From Octopus sinensis (taxonomy: Eukaryota), in assembly GCF_006345805.1 (NCBI RefSeq), contig NC_043008.1, positions 12,524,001 to 12,588,000 on the forward strand: 64,000 nucleotides of DNA. The letters are read 5' to 3'. The translations under genes were made by a program, and so were the position numbers. The notes below the pieces were generated by a model. It saw nothing but the letters and a program-made list of their open reading frames with translations, made no database searches and was not told the DNA's origin. Positions 38,734 through 52,760 of this stretch are shown here, in pieces; position 1 is the first letter of the stretch; every line of letters begins with the position of its first letter.

Positions 38734-41109
38734 TTAATAATGATGATGATGATGATGATGATGATGATAACTGGTTCACACTAGGTTCTAGCTTGTAATA
38801 GGTAGAAGCAAAAGCAAAAGCAACACAATAACAACAACAACGACAACAACATCTTTTATTATTATTATTATTTTTTTTTTTATGGAACTTTCTGCTTCCA
38901 GTTAATAAGTATCAAATGGTTTCTTTTGGATTTGCTGACAATACCATCATCATGCGAAGTGTTACTGTTAGATTCTATACCACTTTTGAACATTGTTCTC
39001 TAAGTCATAACATTAAGTGTAGAATGTCATTTTCTATACAATACTTGGCATTTAAAATCCTCTTACATTATTTTTGTTTTTTTCTAAGTAATTGTAGAAT
39101 GTTTGAATGTGAGTCTCGCGTGTAGTTAATCCGAAATATTTGGAAGTAACTTTACTAGTGAGTTTCAATGTGTCTTACAAATAACAAACAAACTGTTTGT
39201 TTATTGTGTTTATATTTTTCTATAAGTTGCATTTTAACTGGAAAAGAAAAAGAAAAGAAAAAGAAATAAAAACTGAGGTGTAAATTTATACACAGAACAA
39301 TGGTAAAACTATGAAGTGAAAATGTTTTGAACCAAGATTTGACTTTAAATTAGAGGTGTGAATTATACACAAATGAATATGGTGTGTGTGTGTGTATGTG
39401 TGTGTGTGTGTGTGTAGTGCTACAGTTATGGAGAATAATATACTGTGCTTCAAGTCTCTGTGTCAATGATAAAAGAATTGCTACACTTCTTCAGCTGTCA
39501 TAATTTTTTCAAACATTATATCATTCAAATAGAAACTTGAGTCTCTATAGCTGTATCATTCGCTGAATATTGTCCTTTATTTAAAAAAATATTGAGGTCC
39601 GGCTCTTTTGCTGTCATTTGTGGTTTGTAAATATGTTTACAGCATATATACACATAATACACATACACACAAATGTATATATGCACCCCCCCCCCACACA
39701 CACACAAACCACATATAGTCATGTAAAAATTCATTAATCTGAAAAAATAGGCACTCATATTTTTGTCAATAGAGTGGGTTATACACACAGAACTATGTAT
39801 TTCTATGCTGTTTTCAATTCAAAACCCTGCTTCCGTTGAACCCATGCTAGCATGGAAAACGGACGTTAAATGATGATGATGATGATGATGATGAATATAG
39901 AAAATGTTAATTCTCTGATTCAATTCAACATCACTAGAAGTATCATCTACCACCTGCTTTCTCAACCTTATTAGTGTTTCACAACTAATTTTCCATTTTG
40001 ACTTCAGTGGGACAGGTGGCTTTCTTCTTTGTACATATCATTGCGATATTTTATATTTGTAGCTGGATTCCCTTTCTTAATGTTATCCATCCCTAAAATG
40101 TAAAACGAAAATAGAATTGAATGAGTACTCTTCTATATGACTGCTAGATGCTTCTGGAAAATAACTTGGCTGCAGAGTTCACGAACGAACAAAACATCAC
40201 AGCTCAGCTCTATTTCATTTCGCACATGTATTTCAATCCTAAAGGGAGATCAATTTTTTTATTGTATCAATAACAAAAATATATTCCTTTAATTTATTGC
40301 ACAGTGAAATATAAAAGAAAAAAAAACAAAAAATACAAAAATAAGGACCATACATTTAAAAAAAAATTATATATAAAATTCTCAAATATTTGCATTCTGT
40401 TCTTCCTGGTTAATGGCTTACAATTCATGAACTAGATTTTACAGCATGAAGTAAAAAAAAAAAAAATTGACTTTAAATAAATGTATAGGTATATTTGTGT
40501 ATAAGAGTCACGTATATTGAGACTTTAGTTATTTATCAGGAACTCTGCCTCTCCATGTTTTCACTCCAGCAACTTTAACATTTCATGCTTTGCATTTTCT
40601 ATCCTTCACTTACTGCCATATACAATACCACAGTACCACAGTACCACAGTACCACAGTTTTGTAACTTCTTATATCATAGAATAAACAGCAAATAGATCT
40701 ACATGTGTATATGTAAGCGTGTGTAGTGTGTCTTGTATGGTGATGTGCATGTATAATGTATGGGGATGTGTGATGCATACAATGTATGTGTACGTGTGCA
40801 TTTGTGTGTGATGTATACAGTGTGTATGTGTAATGTGTGGTGGTGTGTTTAATATAATGTGTTTGTTTTTACTATCCTTTTGTTTCCATCTAACGTATTT
40901 CTTTCAGCATTTTATGCCTCTCCTATAAACCTATATATTAGAAATTGGTGATTTCAAATTCTATGTTAAGTGTCAATATACTCAAACGTGAAAATATATA
41001 AAATTAGTGACTGTGTTTTTTGTGTGCAAAAGGAAGGGAAAAAAACAAAGAATTTAAAAACTGTGTACTTATATTGCTATGGAAAAGAGAGCATAATACT
41101 ATTTGGAGA

Positions 41110-41670
41110 AAAATGCTTATTTGAAGATTTAAAAAATAGGAGTGGCTGTGTGGTAAGTAGCTTGCTTACCAACCACATGGCTCTGGGTTCAGTCCCACTG
41201 CATGGCAACTTGGGCAAGTGTCTTCTACTTAAAATGTTTATTTGAAGATTTTGAAAAATAGGAGTGGTTGTGTGGTAAGTAGCTTGCTTACCAACCACAT
41301 GGCTCTGGGTTCAGTCCCACTGCATGGCAACTTGGGCAAGTGTCTTCTACTTAAAATGTTTATTTGAAGATTTTGAAAAATAGGAGTGGTTGTGTGGTAA
41401 GTAGCTTGCTTACCAACCACATGGCTCTGGGTTCAGTCCCACTGCATGGCAACTTGGGCAAGAGTCTTCTACTATAGCCTCGGGCTGACCAAAGCCTTAT
41501 GGGTGGATTTGGTAGATGGAAACAGAAAGAAGCCTGTCGAATATGTGTGTGCATGTGTGTGTGTGTGTGTGTGTGTTTGTTCCTCCACCATTGCTTGACA
41601 ACCGATGTTGGTGTGTTTGTGTGCTTGTAACTTAGCGGTTCAGCATAAGAGACTGATAGAATAAGTGGCA
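41110..41670 (+). mobile_element. Family-A SINE with its head and flank triplicated
   Basis: 121-122-bp units starting at 41110, 41231 and 41353. Confidence 0.9.
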
Positions 41671-41989
41671 AGTGTTTTTTTATGACTTTAGGAAATTTAC
41701 TGTTCCAGACAAATTGGCAGGAACTTGCATGAAAATGTAAGAAACATTCTGATAAATCTAAAACACAGTTGAGTTTTGAATACCACACACACACACAGGC
41801 ACACACACACTCACACACATGCACGCAATCATATATACATTTATACATGTATATGTGAATGTATATATGTGTGTGTGTGTATGTGCATTAGTATTTGTGT
41901 GTACATGTATTTATATGTATGTGTGTGCATATGTATATGTATGTATGTATATAGCGATGCATATGTATATGTATATGTATATAGCGATT

Positions 41990-42170
41990 TTTGTCCCCTG
42001 TCTTCCCTTCTCGGGATCTTTCCTTCTCCTATGTTTCTGACGAAGAGCTCCACTCGAAACGTCAAACCCTCCTTCTTCCCTTCTTTCCTGAGCGTCCAAT
42101 AATACTTTCTTTGTTCCACGTCCTTGCGTCGTTTTTTTTTGTTTTTGTTTTCTTGTTTGGATTAACTTTA
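41990..42170 (+). mobile_element. Penelope-like terminal-repeat remnant within (TA)n
   Basis: Carries an HHR motif; pyrimidine-rich; flanked by TA microsatellites. Confidence 0.6.
42033..42067 (+). ncRNA. Minimal type-I hammerhead ribozyme motif
   Basis: GTTT-CTGACGA-A-GAG(ctcca)CTC-GAAA-CG-TC-AAAC; GUC site. Confidence 0.65.
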
Positions 42171-42188
42171 TATATATGGATATATATA

Positions 42189-42241
<53 letters not shown>

Positions 42242-42309
42242 GTGTATATATATATATATACGTGTGTGTGTGTGTGTGTGAGTGCATGCATGTAAGTTTA
42301 TATGTATGT

Positions 42310-42683
42310 TTGTAGTATCAGGTGATTCAGTCCCAACTCAGCTTTATGGCTCTGAGACATGAATATCAACAGCGATATCAAATACGTTGATTTCAGAGAT
42401 TTAATCACATGACACTACAAACATTCTTGAACATCAAGATGTACTGGCAAGAAAGAAATCGATGAGACTCAGAACCATCAATGACCAAAAAAACAAAAAA
42501 AATCAAGTCTAACAACTAGGACATGTAGCACACACTAAACACAAGAATGCCTAAATGTCCTGTTCTTTGAATTTATAGAAAGTCTGCTGCCAAAGGCTGC
42601 ACCTAATAAAGTGCTTTTGTGACACAGTCAACATCATGCTGTTATCCAACAACAACCAATGACAGAGAAATATGGACTGTGGT
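42310..42683 (+). mobile_element. Highly decayed RTE-like LINE ORF 3' fragment
   Basis: PTQLYGSET* (cf. LLYGSETW); many stops and frameshifts. Confidence 0.5.
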
Positions 42684-42816
42684 CTTCTTCTTCTTCTTCT
42701 TCTTCTTCTTCTTCTTCTCCTTCTCCTCCTCCTCCTCCTCCTCCTCCTCCTCCTCCTCCTCCTCCACCTTCTTCTTCTTCTTCTTCTTCTTCTTCTTCTT
42801 CTTCTTCTTCTTCTTC
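42684..42816. repeat. (CTT)n(CCT)n(CTT)n microsatellite
   Basis: Visible directly. Confidence 0.95.
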
Positions 42817-43099
42817 CAACCGGGACTCACGCCATTAACCACAAAGAATAATCTCTAATTCGAGCCTACTCTAAGCTACTAAGAATGCGTGTGGCAAATG
42901 AAGATCCACCCACCACACGCGATAAACTGGCAGTTGCACGGGTGCGAAAGCTACATTGTTATCCTCATTCCGTAAACGGTGGCTTTTAACGGGTGGAGAG
43001 CTGAACCATCCTGGGGTACAGAGGATTTGCAATCTAGACTAGGGTCTGAAAGTTTACCACACCATAGTGGGTTACACCATGGTTCCTTTGCTTTGTGGC

Positions 43100-43650
43100 A
43101 GAAGTAGGAAGAAAGAGTGAGAGAAAGTTGTGGTGAAAGAGTACAGCGGGGTTCACCACCCCTCCCTGCCGGAGCCTCATAGAGCTTAGGTGTTTTTGCT
43201 CAATAAACACTCACAATGCCTGGTCTGGGAATCGAAACTGCATTGTTACGACTGCGAGTTTGCTGCCCTAACCACTGGGCCATTGTGCTTCCACTGGGCT
43301 GTGGTTGCTGAAGACATGTGAGGACTTGAAAGAAATGAAGCCAGCATGCTCTGCTGGATCTGCAATGTCAGTATGCATGTGTGACTGAATGAAAGTGTTT
43401 TAAGAAAATAATATTGGGCGTAAGAGTCATTAGAGGTAGTGTGGAAGAGAGAAGACCATGCTGGTATGGTCATATTATGCATATGGATGAAGACAGCTGT
43501 GTAAAGACGTTGCTTGTTCCTTCTCAAGCCACGCCTGGCTCATAAGGGCCGGTTTCTCAGTTTCCTTGGTGTATAGGTTCCCCACCTGGATGGGACGCCG
43601 GTCCATCGCAGGTGAGCAGCAAGATGCAGGAAGAAAGATTGAGAGAAAGT
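43100..43650. mobile_element. Two family-C-related SINE halves (-) around an RTE ORF fragment (+, 43295-43507)
   Basis: WAVVAEDM*GLERNEASMLCWICNVS...EERRPCWYGHIMHMDEDSCVK is typical of the RTE C-terminal region. Confidence 0.72.
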
Positions 43651-44157
43651 CTTTCTCTATCTTCTGGAATTGCTAACTGAATTATACATATGTGTGTAAA
43701 TGGGTGTGTCTTAGTGACTGTGTGTGTGTGTATGAGTAATCTTTTAATCTAATTGAAATCTGACTTTGCTCAATCAAAGTGCAATACTATCATTTAGACA
43801 ATGGCAAAGCCAGTTACCATAATATTAGTTGTGATTGTAAAGAGATCCATTTCCATGGCTAATTTGAAATAATATACATTCTATCCTTGTCTTCTCAGAA
43901 AATCTTATTCAAGTGTTCAGCTGTTTGTTGATGTGCTGTTAAATTTAGAACCAAACTGATGGCATATTTGTGTTGCTAATTGTTGAATGCTCAAGAATTT
44001 AACAAGAATATTATCATAAAATGTTTATCTGCTAAGCTTGTCAATTTGTTCTTATTTATATATCTACTTCTATGCTTTTACGTTATTCATACCAGATCTT
44101 TCTCGATTCTTATTTGTACATGGTGCACATATCTAAGTAGCAATTCAGTTTTTCATT

Positions 44158-44612
44158 AGGTGCTGCCATGGCTGGGTGGTTAGAAAGCTTGCTTTGTATC
44201 CACATAATTTTGGGTTCAGTCTCAATGTGCAGCACCCCAGAGAGTATATTCTACTATAAACCACAGGTTGACCAATGCCTTGTGAGGGAATTTGGTAGAT
44301 GGGAAAACTGTGTGGAATCCCACCTTATATATTTGTGTTTTTGTGTGCGTGTTGGTGTTTGTTGGTTTGTTTGCATCCCTGTAACTTAGTGGTCTGGTAA
44401 AAGAGATTGATAGAATATTACCAGACTTAGAAAGGAAAATAAAGAATTGCAGTTGACTTGTTCAACGAAACCCTTCAAGAAGGTACTCCAGCATAGCCTT
44501 AGCCAATGACTTAAGATAAAAAGATGAAAGACAAGTTCTTTTGAAATATTACAATTTTGTAAAATAAATATCAATGCAATATTTCTTTTCTGTTTTTTAT
44601 TTATTTATTTAT

Positions 44613-44655
<43 letters not shown>

Positions 44656-45090
44656 TAAGGTGGCAAGCTGGCAGATTCGTTAGTATGCCGGACGAAGTGC
44701 GAAGTGGTATTTTTACCATGGCTAAATTCAAAGTTCAAATTCAGCCAAAGTCAACTTTGCCTTTCATCTTTTCAGAGTTGATAAATCAAGCACCAGTTTT
44801 GTACTGGGGCTGATCAAATCAATTGCTCCCCTCCCCCAAAATTTCGGGCCATGTGCCTAGAATAGAAAAGAATATTGCAATAACCAAAGGCAGAGAGCTG
44901 GCAGAATTGTTAGCATGTTGGGGGAAGTGTTTAGCAGTATTTCACCCATCACTACATTCAGAGTTAATATTCTACCAAGGTCGACTTTGTCTTTTATCCT
45001 TTCAGGGTCAATAAATTCAGTACCAGTTGATCAAATCAACTGGCCTCTTGCCCCAAAATTTCAGGCCTTGTGACTACAGCAGAAAGGATT
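44158..45090 (+). mobile_element. Diverged family-A SINE (44158-44530) and two family-B SINEs (44657-45090)
   Basis: Family motifs as above. Confidence 0.75.
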
Positions 45091-45262
45091 ATTATTTAAT
45101 TTACAAGTGCGGTGCCCCAGCATGGCCACAGCTCGTGAGCTGAAATTAGATAAAATAAATAAAAAAAAAATGTGCACAATGTCACCAGGATTATCCTGAC
45201 CAAGGAGGGTCATGCAGTTGGTATTTGACACAAACTTTTACAAGTATAAATAATACCCAGAT

Positions 45263-45518
45263 CAGAGTTTCTCAACCCTTTTTAGCCTATGGACCCCTCT
45301 GATTACTATTTTATTTGGGTTGATCCTCAAAACCATTCGATGTTTAAAAAAATTGCATCATTTATTTATAATCAAATATTAATAAGAATTGCATTAAAAA
45401 ATTGTTAAAATATTTTGCATTTTGTAGAAGTTTAACCAAATTGTTGCACATAAACTTTAAGAACAAAATCTTAAATGGATCCCCAAGGGCCTTACGGACC
45501 CCAATTGAGAACCACCAG
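45263..45518. mobile_element. hAT/Charlie-like MITE
   Basis: CAGAGTTTCTCAAC...TTGAGAACCACCA ends with GGACCCC subterminal motifs; no clean TSD. Confidence 0.65.
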
Positions 45519-46117
45519 TCAAAGCAGAAAGTATATTGACCGTGCTGTAGCCTAGGAGAGAAAGAAAGGGGTTATATGGCAAAATAGAAACAGGGTGATA
45601 AGTTTTAAAGGAACGGATACATATGGTAGGGTTGTATCTATGGGAAGAGACACAATGAAATAGTTTACCACTGCAATGCTGGGCTGAAATACAAATAGAT
45701 AAGTCAGTTTCTGCGTGAATATTGTAGCTGTTTCTGTAGTGTGAAATCTCGTTAATTGAATTTGATTAATACTTAATATCTGTAAAGATAATTAGTGTTT
45801 TTGCTTAAGCTGAAGGTTATGTTCGAAAAGATGTTGTTAATCTAGAAAGGTGAAATATGTTCCCTTTGCGCTGATCCACTTAAGAACAAACTAACAGTCC
45901 CTAGTCAGATGTTCTAGGATTCAATCGCTAATATAGATTTCATATTTTGGCTCAAGGTTAACAGTTTTGCGGGAGGGGGGTATGTCAATTATGTCAATCT
46001 CAGTGCTCAACAGAGATTTATTTTGTCAATGGTCAATGCCAGTGCTGGCTGATTGGTCCCATGCCGGTGGCACGTAAAAAGCACCATTCAAGCATGGTCG
46101 TTGCCAGTACTGCCTGA

Positions 46118-46630
<513 letters not shown>

Positions 46631-47625
46631 TTATTATTATTATTATTATGAGCATTGATTATATTCATTGTAGTTAAGGCAGCCACTTCTTCAATGAAGA
46701 AATATCAACATACAAAAGTGCAGTATGCATAAACCTTTGTTTCCCCTTACATATCTTTTTTTTTTATCTAATAGTATTAAAAATAGCGTATTTGGAATGT
46801 CATCTCTTTGAAGTCTTTGATGTATTTCTTTGAGAAAAAATTTTCTCTTTATCTAATACGTTGGTTTGAAACTTAAAGCAGTCTTAAAACTAGCAAATGA
46901 AATTGAAAAAAGGAAAAAAAAAAGCAAAAGAAAATTATTTGTTCTTTGAAATCTTTTATTGCATTAATCACATGAAATTCAGAAAACTGTATTAATATTA
47001 TTATCAATTAGATAAATCTTTCTAATTTAATAGAAGCAATAGATATATCACACGAGTAGGAAACAGAAGACTCAAGCCACAATGTTTTGAATTTACGTAC
47101 AATACTTACTCTTAAAAAAACAAAAATTGTAAACTTTAATTAGAAAAGAAAAATATCTAAATTAGGAAAATAGTATTGAAAATGCATTCATAATTACAGA
47201 GTTTTCTCAATAAACACTCATATTATACTCTTTGTTATTTTTCACTCTGTAGAAAACATTATTACTAGCGGCATCAACACATTCATAAATGCGCTTTTGT
47301 TTAAGTGAAGACAATTTTTTTCAGCTCCATTAAGTAAACATTATTACTTATGATGTATATGCTATATATATATTGACAGAAATATGTATAACATATTGCT
47401 GTAGACTTTAAGAATCACAGAAATGAAATTTGGAAATTTGGAACCAAGTTTTGAAAAATTTTGTTGTTGATTTGTTGTTGGGTCACCAGATAGCAAGACA
47501 TTATACCCAATGTTTGTATGTCTTTATACTGGATGTTATTAGCTGAAAACATTGAGAAACATAAAGATAAGAATGGGGTAATATTGTCAAAGATATAATA
47601 AAATAATAATAATAATAATAATAAG

Positions 47626-47789
47626 GTCATGCGCTGTTTATCTCGATATGATATCACCATGTCGCGTACATATGATTGTGATGCATGTGTCTGGTGTACC
47701 CTTATCAGACGGGTAGTCATGATGGGTATACTGGGCTTCATACATTTTACCCCAGTGTCACTTTGATGGCATGCACTGCTTTCTCACTC

Positions 47790-47832
<43 letters not shown>

Positions 47833-47990
47833 CAATTTTCTTATGGTTTGTTAAACATTCTGTAGAGCAACACTATGTACAAAACCAAATATATGGTACC
47901 CTAGGCATAACACTAACATGAACTTGAGGCCTCTGGGTGAGACATGGAGCCAACTTGTAGAGATGTGAAGCAAAAGTCAAACATAAAATA
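47626..47990 (+). mobile_element. Two (AAT)n-embedded retroelement 3' stubs
   Basis: 47626-47790 matches the reverse complement of 35035-35170; 47830-47988 ends GAAGCAAAAGTCAAACATAAAATAAT, similar to 38772-38830. Confidence 0.6.
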
Positions 47991-48379
47991 ATAATAATAT
48001 AATAATAATAATAATAATAACAACAACAACAATAATGGGAAAATTTGTAACTTGAAATTGAACTAAATGCTTTATTATATCGATTGCATGTTAACCCGGA
48101 AACATTCTAGCAAAACTTGATAACGAGAATGACAAGAACCATATTTTGTGGAAACTATATACATATATATATATATGTTTATTTTATACATATATGTGTG
48201 TGTGCATGTATGTATGTGTGTATGTATGTATATACACACACATATACAAATAAATACACATCATATACGATATCGATACTGTTTTATCAGAAATATATAG
48301 GATCATTTCATAAATCTTTGTAGTATGGGAGTGGCAACAGATAATACCAGCATATAATATATACTAGAAATATGAATTA

Positions 48380-48540
48380 TGGCTGTGTGGCAAGTAGCTT
48401 GCTTACCAACCACATGGTTCCGGGTTCAGTCCCACTGCGTGACACTTTGGGCAAAGTGTCTTCTACTATAGCCTCGGGAATGAACCCAGAACCATGTGGT
48501 TGGTAAGCAAGCTACTTACCACACAGCCACTCCTACACCT
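48380..48540. repeat. Fold-back pair of family-A SINE heads
   Basis: 48380-48428 is the reverse complement of 48481-48529 with 2 mismatches. Confidence 0.9.
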
Positions 48541-48954
48541 ATCATTTATTATATTAATCCCAGGACTTCAAAATCAACAACATTGAAAACTGGCATCAAT
48601 TTAACTAAATGTTACTTTGTGTCTCAGAAATAATTATTTTCATCAAAGCACCAAACCTGTAATCTTTAATAAATTCTATTTCTGTCTTGGACACATGGCA
48701 TCAGTTATGAAGTGAAATAATATTCATTATCCCACACTAAGGTGAACATTTCTTCATTATGGAATACACAATGTAGCCAACAATATTGAAAAGTGTATAG
48801 GTCATCCTACTATCACCAGCATAAAGGCTACAATAAGTAAATCAATGTAAATAAGAAGCTGTGGTGTTCATGCCTTTACTTACGTTGAATTACAGATTAT
48901 AATTGCCTGAAGGTTATTATCTATGTCATGACATGAAACTAGCTATATGTATTT

Positions 48955-49168
48955 TATTCTTTTACTCTTTTTCCTGTTTCTGTCATTTGTCTGTGGTCAT
49001 ACTGGAGCACTGTCTTTCGTTGAGCAAGTCGACTCCAGGACTTATTCTTTGTAAGCCTAGTACTTATTCTATTGCTCTCTTTTGCTGAACTGCTAAGTTA
49101 TGGGGGACATAAACACACCAACATCGGTTGTCATCAAGCAATGGTGGGGGGGGGACAAACACAAGCAA

Positions 49169-49201
<33 letters not shown>

Positions 49202-49545
49202 CATATACACGATAGGATTCTTTCAGTTTTTGTCTACTAAGTCCACACACAAGGATTTGATCAGCCCAAGGCTAAAACAGAAGACATTTGCCCAAGGTTC
49301 AATGCAGTGAGACTGAACATGGAACAAGCTTCTGTCCACAACGTCATGCCTGCACCTATGTGTTCACATATTTTGTGGCTGGGTGGTTTAGAATTTTGCT
49401 TTCCAACCACATGGTTTCTGGTTCAGTCCTTCTGCATGGCACCTTTGGCAAGTGTTTACTATGATAACCCCAGACTGATCAAGGTGTTGTGAGGGGATTT
49501 GGTTGAGAGAAACTGAAAGAATCCCATCATGTATACGTATATAAA
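48955..49545. mobile_element. Family-A SINE (-, 48955-49358) and head fragment (+, 49375-49545)
   Basis: Family motifs. Confidence 0.78.
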
Positions 49546-50474
49546 TGTGCATGCTAGCGTTTGCTTTTATTAGTATTGTGTGATAGTCATAAACAAGCTT
49601 CACCATGATGCAAGCACTTGCATAACTAGAATGTGTGCCATCCAGAGTGGCCCTTCCATTTGCCACCCCAGGACCCCATGAAAAATCACATACTGCTTAC
49701 AGCAGACCAAAAATTGCTACTTGGGGCAGACTCCACACCCCAGTTATGCTAGTGCATTCAAACAATGTCTTTCATTTCCAATCTTCCATAAAAACATGTC
49801 TGGTCATGGAGTAATATTACCTTACTTAGAAACAAGTGAAGTTTGAGAAAAAGAAAGGCATCCAGCTGCAGACATTGGCATCAATGGATTCTGTCTGGCT
49901 AATGCATCCATGGTAGAGGTGTGTGGCTTAGCGGTTAGGTTGTTGGACTCATGACTGTAAAATTGTGGTTTCAATTCCTGGTCCAGGTGAAGTGTTTCCA
50001 AACAAAAACACTCCATTTCATGTTACTCCAGTCCACTCAGCTGGCAAAAATGAGTAAGCCTGAGACTGACCAGTGTCCTGTCCAGGTGGAGAATATATAC
50101 ACCATGAATACGAGGAAATCTGGCAAATCTAAATTTGCAATAACATTTATACTAAAACAAAGAAAGCTGCTAATTAATTACTTAGGAGTATGTAACTATT
50201 ACTGAAAGAAAGTAATTATTAAAATCAAATCAACACAGCCTAAATAATTTTTTAAAATTCTAATTTTTATGTATTCTTTTCAAAATGTGGTTTACAAACT
50301 TCTTTTATTATTGAAGACTTCAACTACAGAAAACTAATTTCAATTTACTGTGAGATAGCTTATTTTCAACAGTGTGAAATAGCTATGGTTCCCTCTTTGT
50401 GTTTTCTCTTTCTCTTGTATATTTAATTACATTGCTTTCCACAACCATATCAGTAATACATTTCTCCGACTTAC

Positions 50475-50555
50475 AAGTCTAATCCAGCAACAACCAAATT
50501 CCGTTGATTTCGGCATCCTTTCAAATACTCTGGGTACTTTTGAAGAAACGGAAAG
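50475..50555 (-). other. Candidate 81-nt exon
   Basis: Acceptor ccagttttcttttcag| and donor |GTAAGTCG; unique sequence containing CpGs. Confidence 0.5.
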
Positions 50556-50860
50556 CTGAAAAGAAAACTGGTTTTAATTTACTCACATCAATTGCATAAA
50601 TATAAACTTACTTTCAACAAAGATTTAGTAAATTTATAAAGTTGGTATATAGTTTACTAACAGAACTTAGTATATTTTCATGAACTAACCTGAGCCAGTA
50701 TTATTAAACTAGTCTCTGACTAAGATAAAGATACCAAATAATATTCTAAAAGACTACAGTTCTGTCATGTAGTAATGAAAACTTTCCAATAGAGTTCTAA
50801 GTTATTCTTCATTTGATTGAAATAGTGCCTTATTTCTGTCCATCAACCGAATATACTCAC

Positions 50861-51070
50861 CATCTTTGACTAGTCTTTGATTTATTGTCATTTGATAAGC
50901 AAAATCTGTTATCGAATGGGACAGAAAATTTTTATCTTTCAGACAGATAAGTGATGCTAAAAGAAGTTTAACACAAAATGACAATGTCACGGCTTTCCTT
51001 GCAAGACTTATTTCATATATTAAATACGACGGAGACGAGAACTGCGTGAACTGGGCATTACATACGCACT
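50861..51070 (-). other. Candidate first or upstream exon
   Basis: Donor AAGATG|GTGAGTAT; 5' edge TTTTG-TCAGT (initiator-like, or an acceptor) after (TG)n; locally CpG-rich; 305-nt intron to the next candidate exon. Confidence 0.45.
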
Positions 51071-51073
51071 GAC

Positions 51074-51124
<51 letters not shown>

Positions 51125-51324
51125 ACATACTCATCCAGGTGCTTCTAAATGCACACACATAGATGCTTCTAGTGTTCAAAAGCTTTGCAATATAGAAAGA
51201 AATGACAAAAGATGTAAGAAAAATGACATATATAATGCTTATAAAGGTAAAAACAGAAAGCAACAACACAAAAACGAATTTAAAAGAAATTAAAATCTAT
51301 AGCAGAACATATTTGTACATTACT

Positions 51325-51335
51325 AATATTATTAC

Positions 51336-51408
<73 letters not shown>

Positions 51409-51525
51409 TTATTATTTATTATTACCATTATTATTATTTTTATATTATTATTATTATTATATTATTATATTATTATTATTATTATTATTTTTATTTTTAT
51501 TATTACCACTATTATTATTATATTA

Positions 51526-51561
<36 letters not shown>

Positions 51562-51695
51562 TATTATTATTATTATTACCATTATATTATTATGATTATT
51601 ACTTTTATTATTATTATTACCATTATTATTATTACCATTATTATTATTATTATTACCATTATTATCATTATTATTATTATATTATATTATTATTA

Positions 51696-51731
<36 letters not shown>

Positions 51732-51765
51732 CATTATTATCATTATTACTATTATTATTATTATT
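51325..51765. repeat. (ATT)n microsatellite
   Basis: Visible directly. Confidence 0.95.
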
Positions 51766-52760
51766 TAAACTTTCCTGCCTGTTAAGTGGATCACTTTACA
51801 GATCACTTCTAAGACCGGAGACATATCATAGCTCTGAGTGACAGCTGAACTGTCATTCTGCTTTTAAGGATCCTAAATACTTTCAAGAGATGTAATTCTC
51901 CAAAACAATAGCAAAATCTATCGAGAAAAAAAAAATAGTGTTTCTTGATATTTTTTTTGGTTTTCTTTCATTTTATTTTTTTTTCGTTTTGTTTCGTTTC
52001 TTTGTTTTATTTTCCTCTACTGTCAAAGAATTTGGACAGTGAAGAACAAATATATTATTCCAACACAGATTCTCTCCATATATCTTTCTTATTTCTCATT
52101 TTAGTTTTTGTGGCTCCAAAACTATTCCATTCTTTCTCCTTCCCTATTTCTTACTCCCCTCTCTTTTCTTCTCTCCCCTTCTCTATCTCTCTCTTTCTCT
52201 CATTCGCTCTTTTCTTCTCTCCCCTTCTCTATCTCTCTCTTTCTCTCATTCCCTCTTTCCTTCTCTCCCCTTCTTTATCTCTGCTTCTCTCATTCTCTCT
52301 TTCACTTTTCATTTAGTTTTTCAATTTCTACGATTTTCCTTCATTTTTATTCCCTATTTTGTCTACTTCTTCCTCTGCATTCTTCCTTGGAAAGATTCCT
52401 TTATTTCACTTTACCATTTCCTTGAATTTAGTTTTCATTTTCTCGTTACCAATTTAAAAAATTCTTCCCTTTTCCCTATCGTTTATTATTATTTTACTTT
52501 TAATTATCCTACCAATGCTACACATCCAAGTGCATTTCCCCCTCTCCCTACCCACCCCCTTTCTCTCTCCCTTCCAATGCAATTTACCATTCCTCATTGT
52601 CAACAGAACCAACCCCCCACCACCTTCTCATCCGATCTTTATCTGACCTTGATCGATCTCCTGTCACCACAGGCTTTTCCTATGCGTTTCCTCTTACTTT
52701 CCCTCATTACCCACCATTATCCATCATTTGTTACCTACTTCTGTGATCCAATGTACATCC

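Noticed and set aside
41110-41473. CRISPR-like array
   Set aside because: Whole units repeat with no unique spacers; eukaryotic SINE duplication
42619-42858. Poly-E/G/K/S/F ORFs
   Set aside because: Trinucleotide microsatellite
50802-51269. 155-aa ORF
   Set aside because: Runs through (TG)n and across a likely donor site; no homology recognised
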